In this document: positions 18,074 to 27,109 of the stretch, one piece after another
Numbering within the stretch: position 1 is the stretch's first letter
How the letters are laid out: the number at the start of each line of letters is the position of its first letter
Virus record (IMG/VR): IMGVR_UViG_3300037258_000590
Span: 124,001-188,000 of that record
Direction: 5' to 3' (one strand)
Length of the DNA: 64,000 nt
Notes under the pieces: model-generated
The model's input: only the letters and a program-made list of their open reading frames with translations
Told to the model about the DNA's origin: nothing
Databases searched by the model: none
Position numbers and translations under genes: made by a program

Positions 18074-18137
18074 CCGTCTGATGGTGGCCGGTCACAGTGC
18101 AGCGCTGCCTGTACCGTGACCGGCCACGGCCAGACGG
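18074..18137 (+). repeat. Hairpin motif B copy 2
   Basis: CCGTCTG-ATG-GTGGCCGGTCAC...GTGACCGGCCAC-GGC-CAGACGG. Confidence 0.7.
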
Positions 18138-18165
18138 CCGGAACCAAGATCAGGAGAAGGCACCC

Positions 18166-18420
18166 GTGAGTTTGCTAGACAGATCCGACGCACCACGCAC
18201 GCGGCGAGACGTGTCTGACTACGCCGTTGACATGCCGGTCATGGACGGGCCGTACGGCAACACTGCCGATCATGCGGCCGGCCACCGGCCAGATGCCCGG
18301 GATTTTGAACTTTTCGCGGAAGCATCCCTTACTCACAGTAAAACCCTAGCGGACACGCTCCCGTTGCTACGGCCAACAACGGCCACCTGTACCCGTTGCG
18401 GCCCGACATGCGATCACTGA
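18166..18420 (+). CDS. Hypothetical protein
   Basis: CAGGAG RBS, GTG start. Confidence 0.5.
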   Translation: MSLLDRSDAPRTRRDVSDYAVDMPVMDGPYGNTADHAAGHRPDARDFELFAEASLTHSKTLADTLPLLRPTTATCTRCGPTCDH

Positions 18421-18581
18421 TGAACTACACAATTCTGCGCACATGGTCGGACGGCCGGACACGATGGTTCACGGTCGCATGGTCGGACGGGCGGCGTACC
18501 ACGCATTCCCTGCCCGCTTAACGCCCCGCAACATTCTGACCAGTCAGCAATTCGGGCAGCTCTCAAGCAGGAGGCTTATCC

Positions 18582-19034
18582 ATGCGCACCAATGGCCGGC
18601 ACGTACGCGGCGTTATCCCGCCCGTGAACGGTAAGACGTTCGCAGCATTGCCGTTTATCGCCGGCGTCATACTGGGAGCAATCGCGGCGTTCACGCTAGC
18701 CGTAATGCCGGCGAACGCTGTAGCGCGCACCTCGCTGGCCACGGCCACGATAAGGTGCACCTTGGACGGCGGAGGATCCATAGCAGCCGGCGAGGTAGCG
18801 CACACTGATACCGGAACGTGGGCTTGCACCGAAGACAGAACACTCGTCCGCGCGCTCACGTGGCACCACCTCACGCACCTTTGCCACGCGCGTACCGTCC
18901 CGTGTACACGGGTTCCGGTTGCGGTACGCCGCGAGCTAGCCCTAGGCGGCCGGCCGGCGTTGCTGGTCATCGGTGCCACATCGTGGATTTATGTCCGCGC
19001 AGGCACGTGGGGTCTGGCGCTGTATGAGAGCTGA
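18582..19034 (+). CDS. Membrane/secreted hypothetical protein
   Basis: CAGGAGG RBS; hydrophobic segments. Confidence 0.6.
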   Translation: MRTNGRHVRGVIPPVNGKTFAALPFIAGVILGAIAAFTLAVMPANAVARTSLATATIRCTLDGGGSIAAGEVAHTDTGTWACTEDRTLVRALTWHHLTHLCHARTVPCTRVPVAVRRELALGGRPALLVIGATSWIYVRAGTWGLALYES

Positions 19035-19082
19035 CCCCGGTAGCGAACGAGTACAACCCTCCGACTAGTCGGAGCATCTCCC

Positions 19083-19146
19083 CCGTCTGATGGTGGCCGG
19101 CCACGGTGTGACACGCGCTCGCATCGTGGCCGGCCACGGCCAGACG
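19083..19146 (+). repeat. Hairpin motif B copy 3
   Basis: CGTCTG-ATG-GTGGCCGGCCAC...GTGGCCGGCCAC-GGC-CAGACG. Confidence 0.7.
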
Positions 19147-19173
19147 ACCAGTAGCTAACGGCAGGAAACAATC

Positions 19174-19530
19174 ATGACTGGACACCTCCTCATTACCCGC
19201 GACACCCACGTAACCGTACGCACGGAGAAGATACGGACCTGGAACCCGGCCGCCGGTGAATGGGTGCTGACTACGGTACCTGTACCAGAGCCAGCGCCCC
19301 GACGCAGGCCAGCTGCACGTCGCGCGCCACGCGTAGGCGCACCGCGTAACCTGGCCGGCCTGTCTGATGGCGCACCAATCCCGTCGTGGTGGCGCTATAC
19401 CGCGTTCGCTCCTGGCACGCCGCTAGCCGACATGCGCAGCTATCTCCCGGCGCCGGCCATGCGTACGCACCGCGCGGCGGCGGTAGTACCAGCATCGCCA
19501 GAGGTGTACGCCCCGCCGCTCGCGCGCTGA
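19174..19530 (+). CDS. Hypothetical protein
   Basis: CAGGAA RBS; array orientation. Confidence 0.6.
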   Translation: MTGHLLITRDTHVTVRTEKIRTWNPAAGEWVLTTVPVPEPAPRRRPAARRAPRVGAPRNLAGLSDGAPIPSWWRYTAFAPGTPLADMRSYLPAPAMRTHRAAAVVPASPEVYAPPLAR

Positions 19531-19581
19531 AACGCTCCCGAAGCTCCGACCAGTCAGAACATCCAAGACAGGAGTCCGTAA

Positions 19582-19764
19582 ATGGTTTTCCGCATCGTCA
19601 TGGCCGCGATGGCCGCGCTCATCGCAGGTCTCGCCATCAGCAGCGCCATCATGTTGGTCGTCGTGGGCGGCGACAAACCGCTGCACCACACGTACGCCTG
19701 TGACTTCTCCCGTGATTACCGGCAGGAAGTGCACTTGCCTCCGGCCGCTTGCAACACGCCTTAA
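19582..19764 (+). CDS. Small membrane protein
   Basis: GACAGGAG RBS; one TM segment. Confidence 0.6.
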   Translation: MVFRIVMAAMAALIAGLAISSAIMLVVVGGDKPLHHTYACDFSRDYRQEVHLPPAACNTP

Positions 19765-19843
19765 CCGGGCTGTGCCAGTCGCACATTGCGTTAAGCCAGA
19801 AGCTCCAACCAGTCAGAACATCACCAGTTAGGGGATAACGATC

Positions 19844-20302
19844 ATGACTGCTGTGCCAAGCGTCATCGAGTACAGCATCGACGGGGGCCGGGCCTGGTTC
19901 CACGGCCGGACCATCGAAGCATGGGTGACCGCGCATAAGGCCACGCTTAGCAACCAGCGGGCCATCGTGCGCGGCTTTGCGCGGCAGGAGCTAGGCGCCG
20001 TCGAAGCGATCACTACCCGCGTGCTGGCGGCGGATGACCCGCGCGGCGTGCTGAACCAGCCGCCCGCGGCCAGGACCTGGACCCACGGCCAGGTTCTCCG
20101 CGCCGTCAGTGACGGTACCAGCCTGGTCACCGATGACCCGCAGCTTGGCGCTTGCGAACGTGAAACCGATCTAGTCAGCATGGCCGGCCGGGCGATCATG
20201 GCCATCCTGGCAGACCCGTCCGTCACGCTAGACACCGTGATGGACACCGATTACGCGGGCGGCGCGGCACACGTGCGCACGTGGTGGGACGGCTGGCGCT
20301 AA
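19844..20302 (+). CDS. Hypothetical protein
   Basis: AGGGGA RBS. Confidence 0.6.
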   Translation: MTAVPSVIEYSIDGGRAWFHGRTIEAWVTAHKATLSNQRAIVRGFARQELGAVEAITTRVLAADDPRGVLNQPPAARTWTHGQVLRAVSDGTSLVTDDPQLGACERETDLVSMAGRAIMAILADPSVTLDTVMDTDYAGGAAHVRTWWDGWR

Positions 20303-20433
20303 GCCGAACCCTCCCACCAGTGGGAGCTTACCGTCAGTAATCCACCAGACAGGAGCAATCGAGATGCCCGCTTACAACGACAACCCGGCTGTGACCGGCT
20401 CAGGTCACCTACCCATGGTCGAGAGATAAGCCC

Positions 20434-20718
20434 ATGTTTTTCAATGAAATACCGGACTCCGAAATTACCGGCTTCGCCAGCAAATCCGGGCTTTTCTACG
20501 AGTTCAGCGATTTCGTCGTCCTGTTGCATGGCGGCACCTACTACTGGTCCTCGGACAGTGGATGCTCGTGCCCTAGTCCGTTCGAGTCCCACCAATTCCC
20601 CGATGACTTCGGATCAGGGAACGCCGTCCAGGCGCTCAATGCCCTGGATGAATGGAGCCAGGGCACTCCGGTCGATGACGACGGCTTGCGTACCCGGCTA
20701 ATAAGCGCGCGGGCCTAG
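20434..20718 (+). CDS. Actinophage-type conserved protein
   Basis: YYWSSDSGCSCPSPFE motif recalled from actinophage hypothetical proteins. Confidence 0.6.
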   Translation: MFFNEIPDSEITGFASKSGLFYEFSDFVVLLHGGTYYWSSDSGCSCPSPFESHQFPDDFGSGNAVQALNALDEWSQGTPVDDDGLRTRLISARA

Positions 20719-20762
20719 ACCACCCACCCGTCACAGGCAGCCCGGCGACCAGCCAGCAATTA

Positions 20763-20849
20763 GGCGAAACGTTCCCACTGGTCGGAGCTTTCCGGCCACG
20801 CGGGACGTCCACGGGAGGCTGACCACCCCGTGCCGAAGATGCCAGGTCA
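20763..20849 (+). ncRNA. Type II hammerhead ribozyme HH1 (core CCGAAGA)
   Basis: GGC-GAAA; stem III ACGTTCC/GGGACGT; GUC site after 20809; stem I CACGGG/CCCGTG; CCGAAGA-T-GCC; pseudoknot TGACC/GGTCA. Confidence 0.75.
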
Positions 20850-20868
20850 CCAGACAGGAGCGAATGCA

Positions 20869-20982
20869 ATGGACGATAACCGCACAGACAGCCCCGGCCA
20901 AGGTTCCCGCCGGCCCGCGCTGGACACGTACGCCGACAGGGTGGCCGCCGCGGAAACCGTCATAGCCAATAACGGCTGGTAA
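20869..20982 (+). CDS. 37 aa peptide
   Basis: GACAGGAG RBS after HH1. Confidence 0.45.
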   Translation: MDDNRTDSPGQGSRRPALDTYADRVAAAETVIANNGW

Positions 20983-21024
20983 TCGCCGGAAGATGCCGGA
21001 TAACACAGAGCAGGAGCTGTACCA

Positions 21025-21426
21025 ATGATCACCCGCGATGACGCGCTGACCGCCGGGGAATTCCACGAGGAGCACGAGCCGGCCGGCAAGGTCTACGCCT
21101 GGCGGCGTAACGGCCAGACGCAGATCACGATGACCCGCCCGGACGATTTCCGCGTACCGGTCACGTACGGCCTGCGATCTCACCACCAGATCACGCCGGA
21201 CAACGCGCACCGCTTCCACCGCGCGGACCAGTGCCTGACGCTACGCGTCCGCGTAGCCATCCCGGACGGCGGCGGCGAATGGTACGGGATCGTGATCGAA
21301 GAATTGCTGGCAGACAACGCCGGCTACGGCGTCACGCGCGTGCACGTAACCACACGCGGAGCATCGCGCTACCGCGTCGGCTCACAGGTCGACGTCCCGA
21401 CCAAGCGACTGACCTACCTGCAGTAA
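21025..21426 (+). CDS. Phage-type conserved protein
   Basis: WRRNGQTQ...RPDDFRVPVTYGL...ITPDNAHRFH motif; stop TAA abuts HH2. Confidence 0.7.
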   Translation: MITRDDALTAGEFHEEHEPAGKVYAWRRNGQTQITMTRPDDFRVPVTYGLRSHHQITPDNAHRFHRADQCLTLRVRVAIPDGGGEWYGIVIEELLADNAGYGVTRVHVTTRGASRYRVGSQVDVPTKRLTYLQ

Positions 21427-21514
21427 GGCGAAACGTTCCCACTGGTCGGAGGTTGCTCCGGCCGGAGGGGGCGTCCACGGGCGCTGACCTTCCCGTGCCG
21501 ATGATGCCAGGTCA
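21427..21514 (+). ncRNA. Type II hammerhead ribozyme HH2 (core CCGAUGA)
   Basis: Stem III ACGTTCCC/GGGGGCGT; GUC after 21475; stem I CACGGG/CCCGTG; pseudoknot TGACC/GGTCA. Confidence 0.78.
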
Positions 21515-21536
21515 ACCAGATGAGGAGACACCAGCC

Positions 21537-21773
21537 ATGCGCGGATTCATGTTCCCGGCCACGGCCGCCATCCTGCTGCGCGAGCGGACGTGGATGCCCG
21601 ACGTGGCGATCGCCAGCTGGCTCCGCAACTACGGCAAGTCGGGAGAGCGGTTCTTCATCCAGACCACGCGGCCCGGCAACGATCACTACCTGGTCCAGCC
21701 GGCTCCAGGCGGGTTCTGCATCGTGCCGTGCCGGATGGCCCCGGGCACGCCGGCCGGGTACGTCCTGGCCTGA
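21537..21773 (+). CDS. Hypothetical protein
   Basis: GAGGAG RBS; between HH2 and HH3. Confidence 0.6.
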   Translation: MRGFMFPATAAILLRERTWMPDVAIASWLRNYGKSGERFFIQTTRPGNDHYLVQPAPGGFCIVPCRMAPGTPAGYVLA

Positions 21774-21783
21774 CTGTCCGCCA

Positions 21784-21868
21784 GGCGAAACGTTCCGACC
21801 AGTGGGAGATTCCGGCCGGCCGGAACATCCGCGGGCAATGACCTCCCCGCGCTGACGATGCCAGGTCA
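21784..21868 (+). ncRNA. Type II hammerhead ribozyme HH3 (core CUGACGA, AUC site)
   Basis: Stem III GTTCCG/CGGAAC; site after 21829; stem I CGCGGG/CCCGCG; pseudoknot intact; C15.2:A16.2 mismatch. Confidence 0.75.
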
Positions 21869-21888
21869 CGAAAGCTCAGGAGACAGAC

Positions 21889-22410
21889 ATGCCCGCATAC
21901 GACGACAACCCGGCCGTGACCGGGGATTACGTCTGGATCACGGCTGACGGCACGGCCGGGCGGCGTTCCCGCGCGGCGCAGGTCAACGCCGCCAAGCGCG
22001 CCTACGAACGCAGCCACGGCGTGACGCTGACGCTGCTTGCCAGGAGCTACAGCGAAACGTACGGCTTCTTGCACCGGTCAGCGTTCCGGTACGAGATCGG
22101 CCGGCCCGGCCAGTCTTTCACGATCACGTACATGTCCGTGCGATGCGAGGTATGGGACACCGAGCCGGGCACGTACCCGACCATGGCCGCAGCGCAAGCG
22201 CACGTACGGTCAGCGTTCCGAACCCTGTCATCATACTGCCGGGTACGGATCCACGCGCCGGCCGGCCGGCAGAGCCAGGTCGGCTCGCGTACCGGTCTCG
22301 GCCCCTGGTACTTCGAGCCGTGCCCGGCGGGCGGGCGCGTGACCCTGCGCTTCCCGGGATTCCCGCCCGTTACCTGCGCCGGCCCCTCCATCACCGCTAT
22401 CGACGCGTAA
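21889..22410 (+). CDS. Hypothetical protein
   Basis: CAGGAG RBS; stop abuts HH4. Confidence 0.65.
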   Translation: MPAYDDNPAVTGDYVWITADGTAGRRSRAAQVNAAKRAYERSHGVTLTLLARSYSETYGFLHRSAFRYEIGRPGQSFTITYMSVRCEVWDTEPGTYPTMAAAQAHVRSAFRTLSSYCRVRIHAPAGRQSQVGSRTGLGPWYFEPCPAGGRVTLRFPGFPPVTCAGPSITAIDA

Positions 22411-22495
22411 GGCGAAACGTTCCGGCCTGCCGGTTCTTCCCGCCGGCCGGAACGTCTGTGAGAGCTGACCTCCTCACACTGACGATGCCAGGTCA
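22411..22495 (+). ncRNA. Type II hammerhead ribozyme HH4 (core CUGACGA)
   Basis: Stem III ACGTTCCGGCC/GGCCGGAACGT; GUC after 22456; covaried stem I TGTGAG/CTCACA; pseudoknot intact. Confidence 0.88.
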
Positions 22496-22514
22496 CCAGA
22501 GATCAGGAGACACC

Positions 22515-22685
22515 ATGCCGAACGCCACCAGTGACCCGCGCGCCGTCGCCCGGTTCGCGACCATGCGCCGCATCCAGGCGGCTGACGCGCCGGCCCGGTA
22601 CACGCGCAGCCGTCGCCTGGCGGCCATGGGGAAGGGTTACCACGGACCGCTGACCCGCGCGGAGCTAGCCCGTCGAACGGCGTAA
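22515..22685 (+). CDS. 56 aa basic peptide
   Basis: CAGGAG RBS. Confidence 0.55.
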   Translation: MPNATSDPRAVARFATMRRIQAADAPARYTRSRRLAAMGKGYHGPLTRAELARRTA

Positions 22686-22687
22686 CA

Positions 22688-22777
22688 GGCGAAACGTCCC
22701 ACTGATCGGAGGTTACTCCGGCCAGCCGGGACGTCCGCGGGCGCTGAGCACCCCGTACCGAAGAAGATGCCGGATCA
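22688..22777 (+). ncRNA. Hammerhead HH5, degenerate
   Basis: Stem III and GUC (22735) intact; core CCGAAGA followed by extra AGA; weakened stem I and pseudoknot. Confidence 0.5.
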
Positions 22778-22789
22778 CCGGAGGTACAC

Positions 22790-23035
22790 GTGAAAATCCA
22801 GCAAGCCCACTACGACCACATGGTCACGGAGATAAATACAGCTGTAACCAGGATCGGGCCAGATAGGGTGGCCAGCTTCAAGACGCATGTATCGCCGAAA
22901 CGATACCGGTGGGACCTGCTGCGCGCCGCCAACCTCATCCCGTACGTGTGCAGCACGCTCTACCCGTACATGAAGGACGAGCACATAGACACCGCGCTGC
23001 GCCACATCGTAGCCGACCCGTCAAACAAGCTTTAG
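22790..23035 (+). CDS. Phage-type hypothetical protein
   Basis: GGAGG RBS; RYRWDLL...LYPYMKDEHIDTALRHIV. Confidence 0.65.
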   Translation: MKIQQAHYDHMVTEINTAVTRIGPDRVASFKTHVSPKRYRWDLLRAANLIPYVCSTLYPYMKDEHIDTALRHIVADPSNKL

Positions 23036-23058
23036 GCGAAACGTCCGTTCCGCGCCTA

Positions 23059-23134
23059 GGCGAAACGTTCCGATCCTCCCACCGGTCGGAACGTCTACGG
23101 GAGCTGACCTACCCGCACTGAAGATGCCAGGTCA
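23059..23134 (+). ncRNA. Type II hammerhead ribozyme HH6 (core CUGAAGA)
   Basis: Stem III ACGTTCCGA/TCGGAACGT; GUC after 23095; stem I TACGGG/CCCGCA (1 mismatch); pseudoknot intact; a duplicated GGCGAAACGT stub lies at 23035. Confidence 0.82.
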
Positions 23135-23152
23135 CCAGATGAGGAGACGGCT

Positions 23153-23737
23153 ATGAGTGATCGTGAATGGATACCGGCGGCAGACGTCCAGGTCGGCGAC
23201 CAGCTGGCCCACAAGCTGTCGAACACACCGTGGACCTACACGCCGGTTACAGGCTGGTCGGACAAGGTTCTCCACCTCGGGGGCAGCCTCGGGAACGTCA
23301 CGCAGCGCCGGTTCACCGTATCCGGGGCGCCGTGGTGGGTCACCTCAGATGCGGCCAGTCTCTGGCATTCGCTGGACGGGCAAGCACTGGTCCTGAACCT
23401 GGGCAAATACCCCGAGCCTGAACCAATGCCCGAGCCCGAGCCCGAGCCCGAGCCTGTCACGCGCATCGTCCTGGGCGATGACTACTACGGGTTCCGCATG
23501 CCGGTACCGTCCGGCTTCACCGATTACCTGCTGGCCAGCACCGACGATAAATGGGCAGTCCTGGAGTCCATCGGCATCACGCGGCGCGATGACGTCTCCC
23601 CGCTGGCCGCGTGGCGCGACGCGGTAGCCGATGAGACCGGGATTCCCCGCGCGCAGCTAGACCCGGCCCAGGGCGGCGTATTCGACATCGGGTTTACGCC
23701 CGCGTACGTCCGCAAATTCGTGTTCTTCCTGGCCTGA
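23153..23737 (+). CDS. Hypothetical protein with PE-repeat linker
   Basis: GAGGAG RBS; PEPEPMPEPEPEPEP. Confidence 0.65.
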   Translation: MSDREWIPAADVQVGDQLAHKLSNTPWTYTPVTGWSDKVLHLGGSLGNVTQRRFTVSGAPWWVTSDAASLWHSLDGQALVLNLGKYPEPEPMPEPEPEPEPVTRIVLGDDYYGFRMPVPSGFTDYLLASTDDKWAVLESIGITRRDDVSPLAAWRDAVADETGIPRAQLDPAQGGVFDIGFTPAYVRKFVFFLA

Positions 23738-23844
23738 CCCGCAAAGACGTTTCCCGGCCCTTGATCCCCCGAAGCCGGCCGGGACGGCAACCCAGGGGGG
23801 CTAACACCACCCCGCTCAGGATCATGAGACAGGAGACAGCAACC

Positions 23845-24417
23845 ATGATCAAGGTGCTAGTTCAGTCCGTCCCGGACGAAATTCCGGACGGCACGCGCTA
23901 CGAAGTCGCGGCCGGCCTGCCGGGAGACATGACCGGCTGGTTCCAGATCTCACACGCGGGCCTGGTGCTGGCCACGGGCGAGCACAACTACCACGATGAC
24001 AGCGACTTCTACGCAACCGTATGGGACGGCCAGGGGCCGCGCGAGATCACCTACGCCAGCACGCGCGGGTGGACCTATGCCAACAGTGCCACGGCAGACG
24101 CCACGCCGGAGGTACAGGCCGCCTACGGCGCGTGGCGCCAGGCCCGCGCGGGCGAGCGTCAGGCCGCAGCCACGGCAGCGGAGGCGGCCACGCCACGCGC
24201 CGGCAAGACAGTCCGGGTGGTCAGAGGCCGCAAGGTGCCCGTGGGCACTGTGGCGGAAGTCGTCTGGTACGGCGAGGGTAAGCGGTTCAGCCGCCATGCG
24301 CCAGTCCCGATGCGCGTTGGCCTGCTGACCGGCGACGAGCGCGTGTTTACTGATGCGGCCAACGTCGAAGTCGTGACGGCCGATGAGCCAGGCCACCCGA
24401 TGAGGAGACACCTGTGA
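23845..24417 (+). CDS. Phage-type conserved protein
   Basis: GACAGGAG RBS; HNYHDDSDFYATVWD and GKTVRVVRGRKVPVGT motifs. Confidence 0.7.
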   Translation: MIKVLVQSVPDEIPDGTRYEVAAGLPGDMTGWFQISHAGLVLATGEHNYHDDSDFYATVWDGQGPREITYASTRGWTYANSATADATPEVQAAYGAWRQARAGERQAAATAAEAATPRAGKTVRVVRGRKVPVGTVAEVVWYGEGKRFSRHAPVPMRVGLLTGDERVFTDAANVEVVTADEPGHPMRRHL

Positions 24418-24755
24418 AAGTCATCAAAGAGATTGACCACGATCCCCGCACTGTTCGCGAGGTCCGTGTGTTCGTCCGTCAGTACATTTTCGTTGACGGT
24501 GTATCCAGCTACGACGTCCACCTGTCCGAGCTGCGGTACCGCAGCTCAGACGGTGAGCTGACCGACTGCCTGACACTGGACGACAGCTTTAGCCACGTGC
24601 CCGGAGACGCTGAAATAGAAGCCCTGCCGTACATCGCTCCCAGCGTACGGCGCGAGGCCCCCGGGGTGTTCTACATCCTGACCGGGCCTTACCGGAAAGG
24701 CCCGTACGCAAACCGCAGGGAGGCTAACGCGGACATCAGGGCTGGCCGCTGGTAA
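24414..24755 (+). CDS. Hypothetical protein
   Basis: GAGGAG RBS; GTGA overlap. Confidence 0.6.
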   Translation: MKVIKEIDHDPRTVREVRVFVRQYIFVDGVSSYDVHLSELRYRSSDGELTDCLTLDDSFSHVPGDAEIEALPYIAPSVRREAPGVFYILTGPYRKGPYANRREANADIRAGRW

Positions 24756-24779
24756 CCCCCTGCGCACTACCACTAGCCA

Positions 24780-24855
24780 GGCGAAACATTTCGATTCTCC
24801 CACTGGTCGGAACGTCCGCGAGAGCTAACCTGCCCGCGCCGATGATGCCAGGTCA
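24780..24855 (+). ncRNA. Type II hammerhead ribozyme HH7 (core CCGAUGA)
   Basis: Stem III ACATTTCGA/TCGGAACGT (1 mismatch); GUC after 24816; stem I CGCGAG/CCCGCG; loop TAACC vs tail GGTCA. Confidence 0.68.
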
Positions 24856-24876
24856 CGAGATAAGGAGACAGGTTCT

Positions 24877-25169
24877 GTGATCTACCAGGTCGGCCGGTTC
24901 ACCCGCGACCAGTTCACATCGGACGCCGCTTTCCACGCGGCGATCAGGTGCCAGATGATCAGTTGCCCCGAGCTGTACCCCGAGCTGGCAGAGGCCGCCG
25001 CCGAGACCGAGCGGCTGGCACCCAAGATCCGCAAGACCGGAAAGAAGACATCATGAACCCCTACCTGGTCCGCGACGAGAACGGCGAGCCGGTCATGCGG
25101 TTGGTCGAACGTGACCGCTACGGCCGGTTCTGCCGACCTTACTACGCCTACATCTGGAAGACATCATGA
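24877..25169 (+). CDS. Two coupled small ORFs (24877-25056 and 25053-25169)
   Basis: AAGGAG RBS; ATGA overlaps; both end KTS. Confidence 0.5.
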
Positions 25170-26473
25170 GCGTCAGCCTTAGCGCGGCAGCATCGGTCCG
25201 GCAGCACGCGGAGCGCCTGGAGAAGGATATCCGCAACCAGGCCAAAACCGTAGCCTACGACCTGACCATGTGCGCCCAAGCCGTGTTACGCGTGCGATCA
25301 GCCGGTCAAGTAACCCAGGAAGAAGAGAAGGCTATGGAAGCTAGCAAACTGAGCGCCGCCTACACCAGCGGCCCGCCGCACCCGCTCGCCGCCCGGCCGC
25401 GCGAGTACACCGGCCCGATGGCCCCGGACCACAAGCTGGGCGGCATCTACGCCATCATGGACCGGCACGGCATGCTGCCGGACGGACCGGGCGGGATCGC
25501 CTGCCTGCGGTGCGCGAAGCCGCTCAACGCTGACGGCGGCCACCCCGCTGAGCTGTACGCCGGGACATACAACGGCCTGTGCTACCCGTGCACCTCGGCG
25601 CCGGCATTCGTGGCCCGCACGGCCGTCCTGGACGGCGCCCGGGAGGTGTCCTGGCCGCCGCACTGCCCGTCGTGGCGCCGGGACCGCGAGAAGCACATTG
25701 CCTATGAAGGCTGCCCGGCCTGCGACGGCCTAGGCATCACCCTGGGCACCCGGACCTACAGCAGCGGCGGCCGGTCATGCGAGCCGTGCCGGACCCGGTT
25801 CTGCGGCCACCCGGTACGCGCGGCGGCCAGCCGGTGGAACGAGCAGGCCATGCGGTCTTGCCAGGCCGCCTTCGACCAGGCCATCGACCAGGCCGCGGGC
25901 GTGCCAGCACGATGCACCAGGAAACGTCGCACCGAGCTGCGTGAGGCGTTCATCGGCCTCGCCGGGAACGGCCGCTCGCCGGAATGCGAAGCGCTGCGCC
26001 TGGCTCACCTGGCTGGCTACTGGCGCATCCGCGCGCTTATCCGCGCGCACTTCGAGGCGCGAGGCTGGAACCAGTGGTCAGATACCAGCAACGATGAGGC
26101 GTGGGCCAGGGCGTACTGCACCTGGCGCGGACTGGATTATGACGCGCTGGCCGCCGGCGAGCCCCAGCCCGGACCGCCTGAGCCCCAGCCCGAACCGCCT
26201 GGGCCGGAAAACCCGCAAGCCGGGCGGATCGCCGTGCTACGGGCCCTGACCTTCGAGCGGGCCGAGGAGTGGTGGCGTACCGGCCGGATCAGTACCGACG
26301 AGTGGGAGGCGTTCGGTTACGCCTGGCGGCGCGGCGCCGTCCGCTTCTCCGGCGTCGGCGCCGGTTTCGAGCACCCCGTCTCGCAAAAGGTGCGCGAGCT
26401 GGGCAACGCCATCATGGGCGGCAATGCACCAGGCACCTGCCCGTGCCCGGCGGGCGAGAACTGCACCCTGTGA
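25166..26473 (+). CDS. Multi-CxxC hypothetical protein
   Basis: CLRC, CYPC, CPAC, CEPC motifs; ATGA overlap. Confidence 0.65.
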   Translation: MSVSLSAAASVRQHAERLEKDIRNQAKTVAYDLTMCAQAVLRVRSAGQVTQEEEKAMEASKLSAAYTSGPPHPLAARPREYTGPMAPDHKLGGIYAIMDRHGMLPDGPGGIACLRCAKPLNADGGHPAELYAGTYNGLCYPCTSAPAFVARTAVLDGAREVSWPPHCPSWRRDREKHIAYEGCPACDGLGITLGTRTYSSGGRSCEPCRTRFCGHPVRAAASRWNEQAMRSCQAAFDQAIDQAAGVPARCTRKRRTELREAFIGLAGNGRSPECEALRLAHLAGYWRIRALIRAHFEARGWNQWSDTSNDEAWARAYCTWRGLDYDALAAGEPQPGPPEPQPEPPGPENPQAGRIAVLRALTFERAEEWWRTGRISTDEWEAFGYAWRRGAVRFSGVGAGFEHPVSQKVRELGNAIMGGNAPGTCPCPAGENCTL

Positions 26474-26514
26474 AGCGACCCAGCATCACCCCGTAACTAC
26501 CGAAAGGCCCTGAA

Positions 26515-26763
26515 ATGTCTGACCGGTCTGAGCTGGCTACTCCATCCGGGTACGCCGGCGTTGAATACACGGACGGTAAGGTGCACGCCATCGACCTGGA
26601 CACGCTGCACGGTGAGACGCCGGCGTACCCGCGCGGGATGCCGTTGTGGCGCGAACCCGTGGTGTGCGGGGCCGCTAGTGGCGTGTCCAGCGATGAGGGC
26701 GGTCCTGCCGCGTTGCACCGCAAGACGCTCACCTGCTGGATGTGCGTCTCCATCCTGGCCTGA
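26515..26763 (+). CDS. Hypothetical protein
   Basis: Array orientation; LTCWMC. Confidence 0.55.
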   Translation: MSDRSELATPSGYAGVEYTDGKVHAIDLDTLHGETPAYPRGMPLWREPVVCGAASGVSSDEGGPAALHRKTLTCWMCVSILA

Positions 26764-26817
26764 GATCTTCCCACTGGTCGGAGCTTCCGGCCGGGCTGCT
26801 TACGACAGGAAAACCAC

Positions 26818-27060
26818 ATGACTGAATTCATCAGCGGCTACCGGGACCGCGCGGGCATTGACTCACGCGCCAATTCCGCGCTACTGCGCATTGCCGCGAT
26901 CAGCGCGGACGTGTACGTGCCGGCCGCCGTGCGTCTCGCGCAGGTCGCGCAGGTCATGGCGGGCGAGCCGATCCTCACGGACCCGTGCCCGGCCGCACGC
27001 ACCGTACGCGCGGAGCTTGCCGGCCGCACCGCTCTGCAAGACAGAGGGCTGACCTCATGA
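26818..27060 (+). CDS. Hypothetical protein
   Basis: GACAGGAA RBS. Confidence 0.55.
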   Translation: MTEFISGYRDRAGIDSRANSALLRIAAISADVYVPAAVRLAQVAQVMAGEPILTDPCPAARTVRAELAGRTALQDRGLTS

Positions 27061-27109
27061 AACTACACGCGGTAATCGAGCAGCCGTCACTGACCGTGGA
27101 ACAGCAACA

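Noticed and set aside
18074-18137. Motif B as a hammerhead because of CTGATGG
   Set aside because: No GAAA or NUH in the required positions; kept as a separate unknown motif.
18417-18423. Isolated CTGATGA
   Set aside because: No flanking stems or GAAA; coincides with a stop codon.
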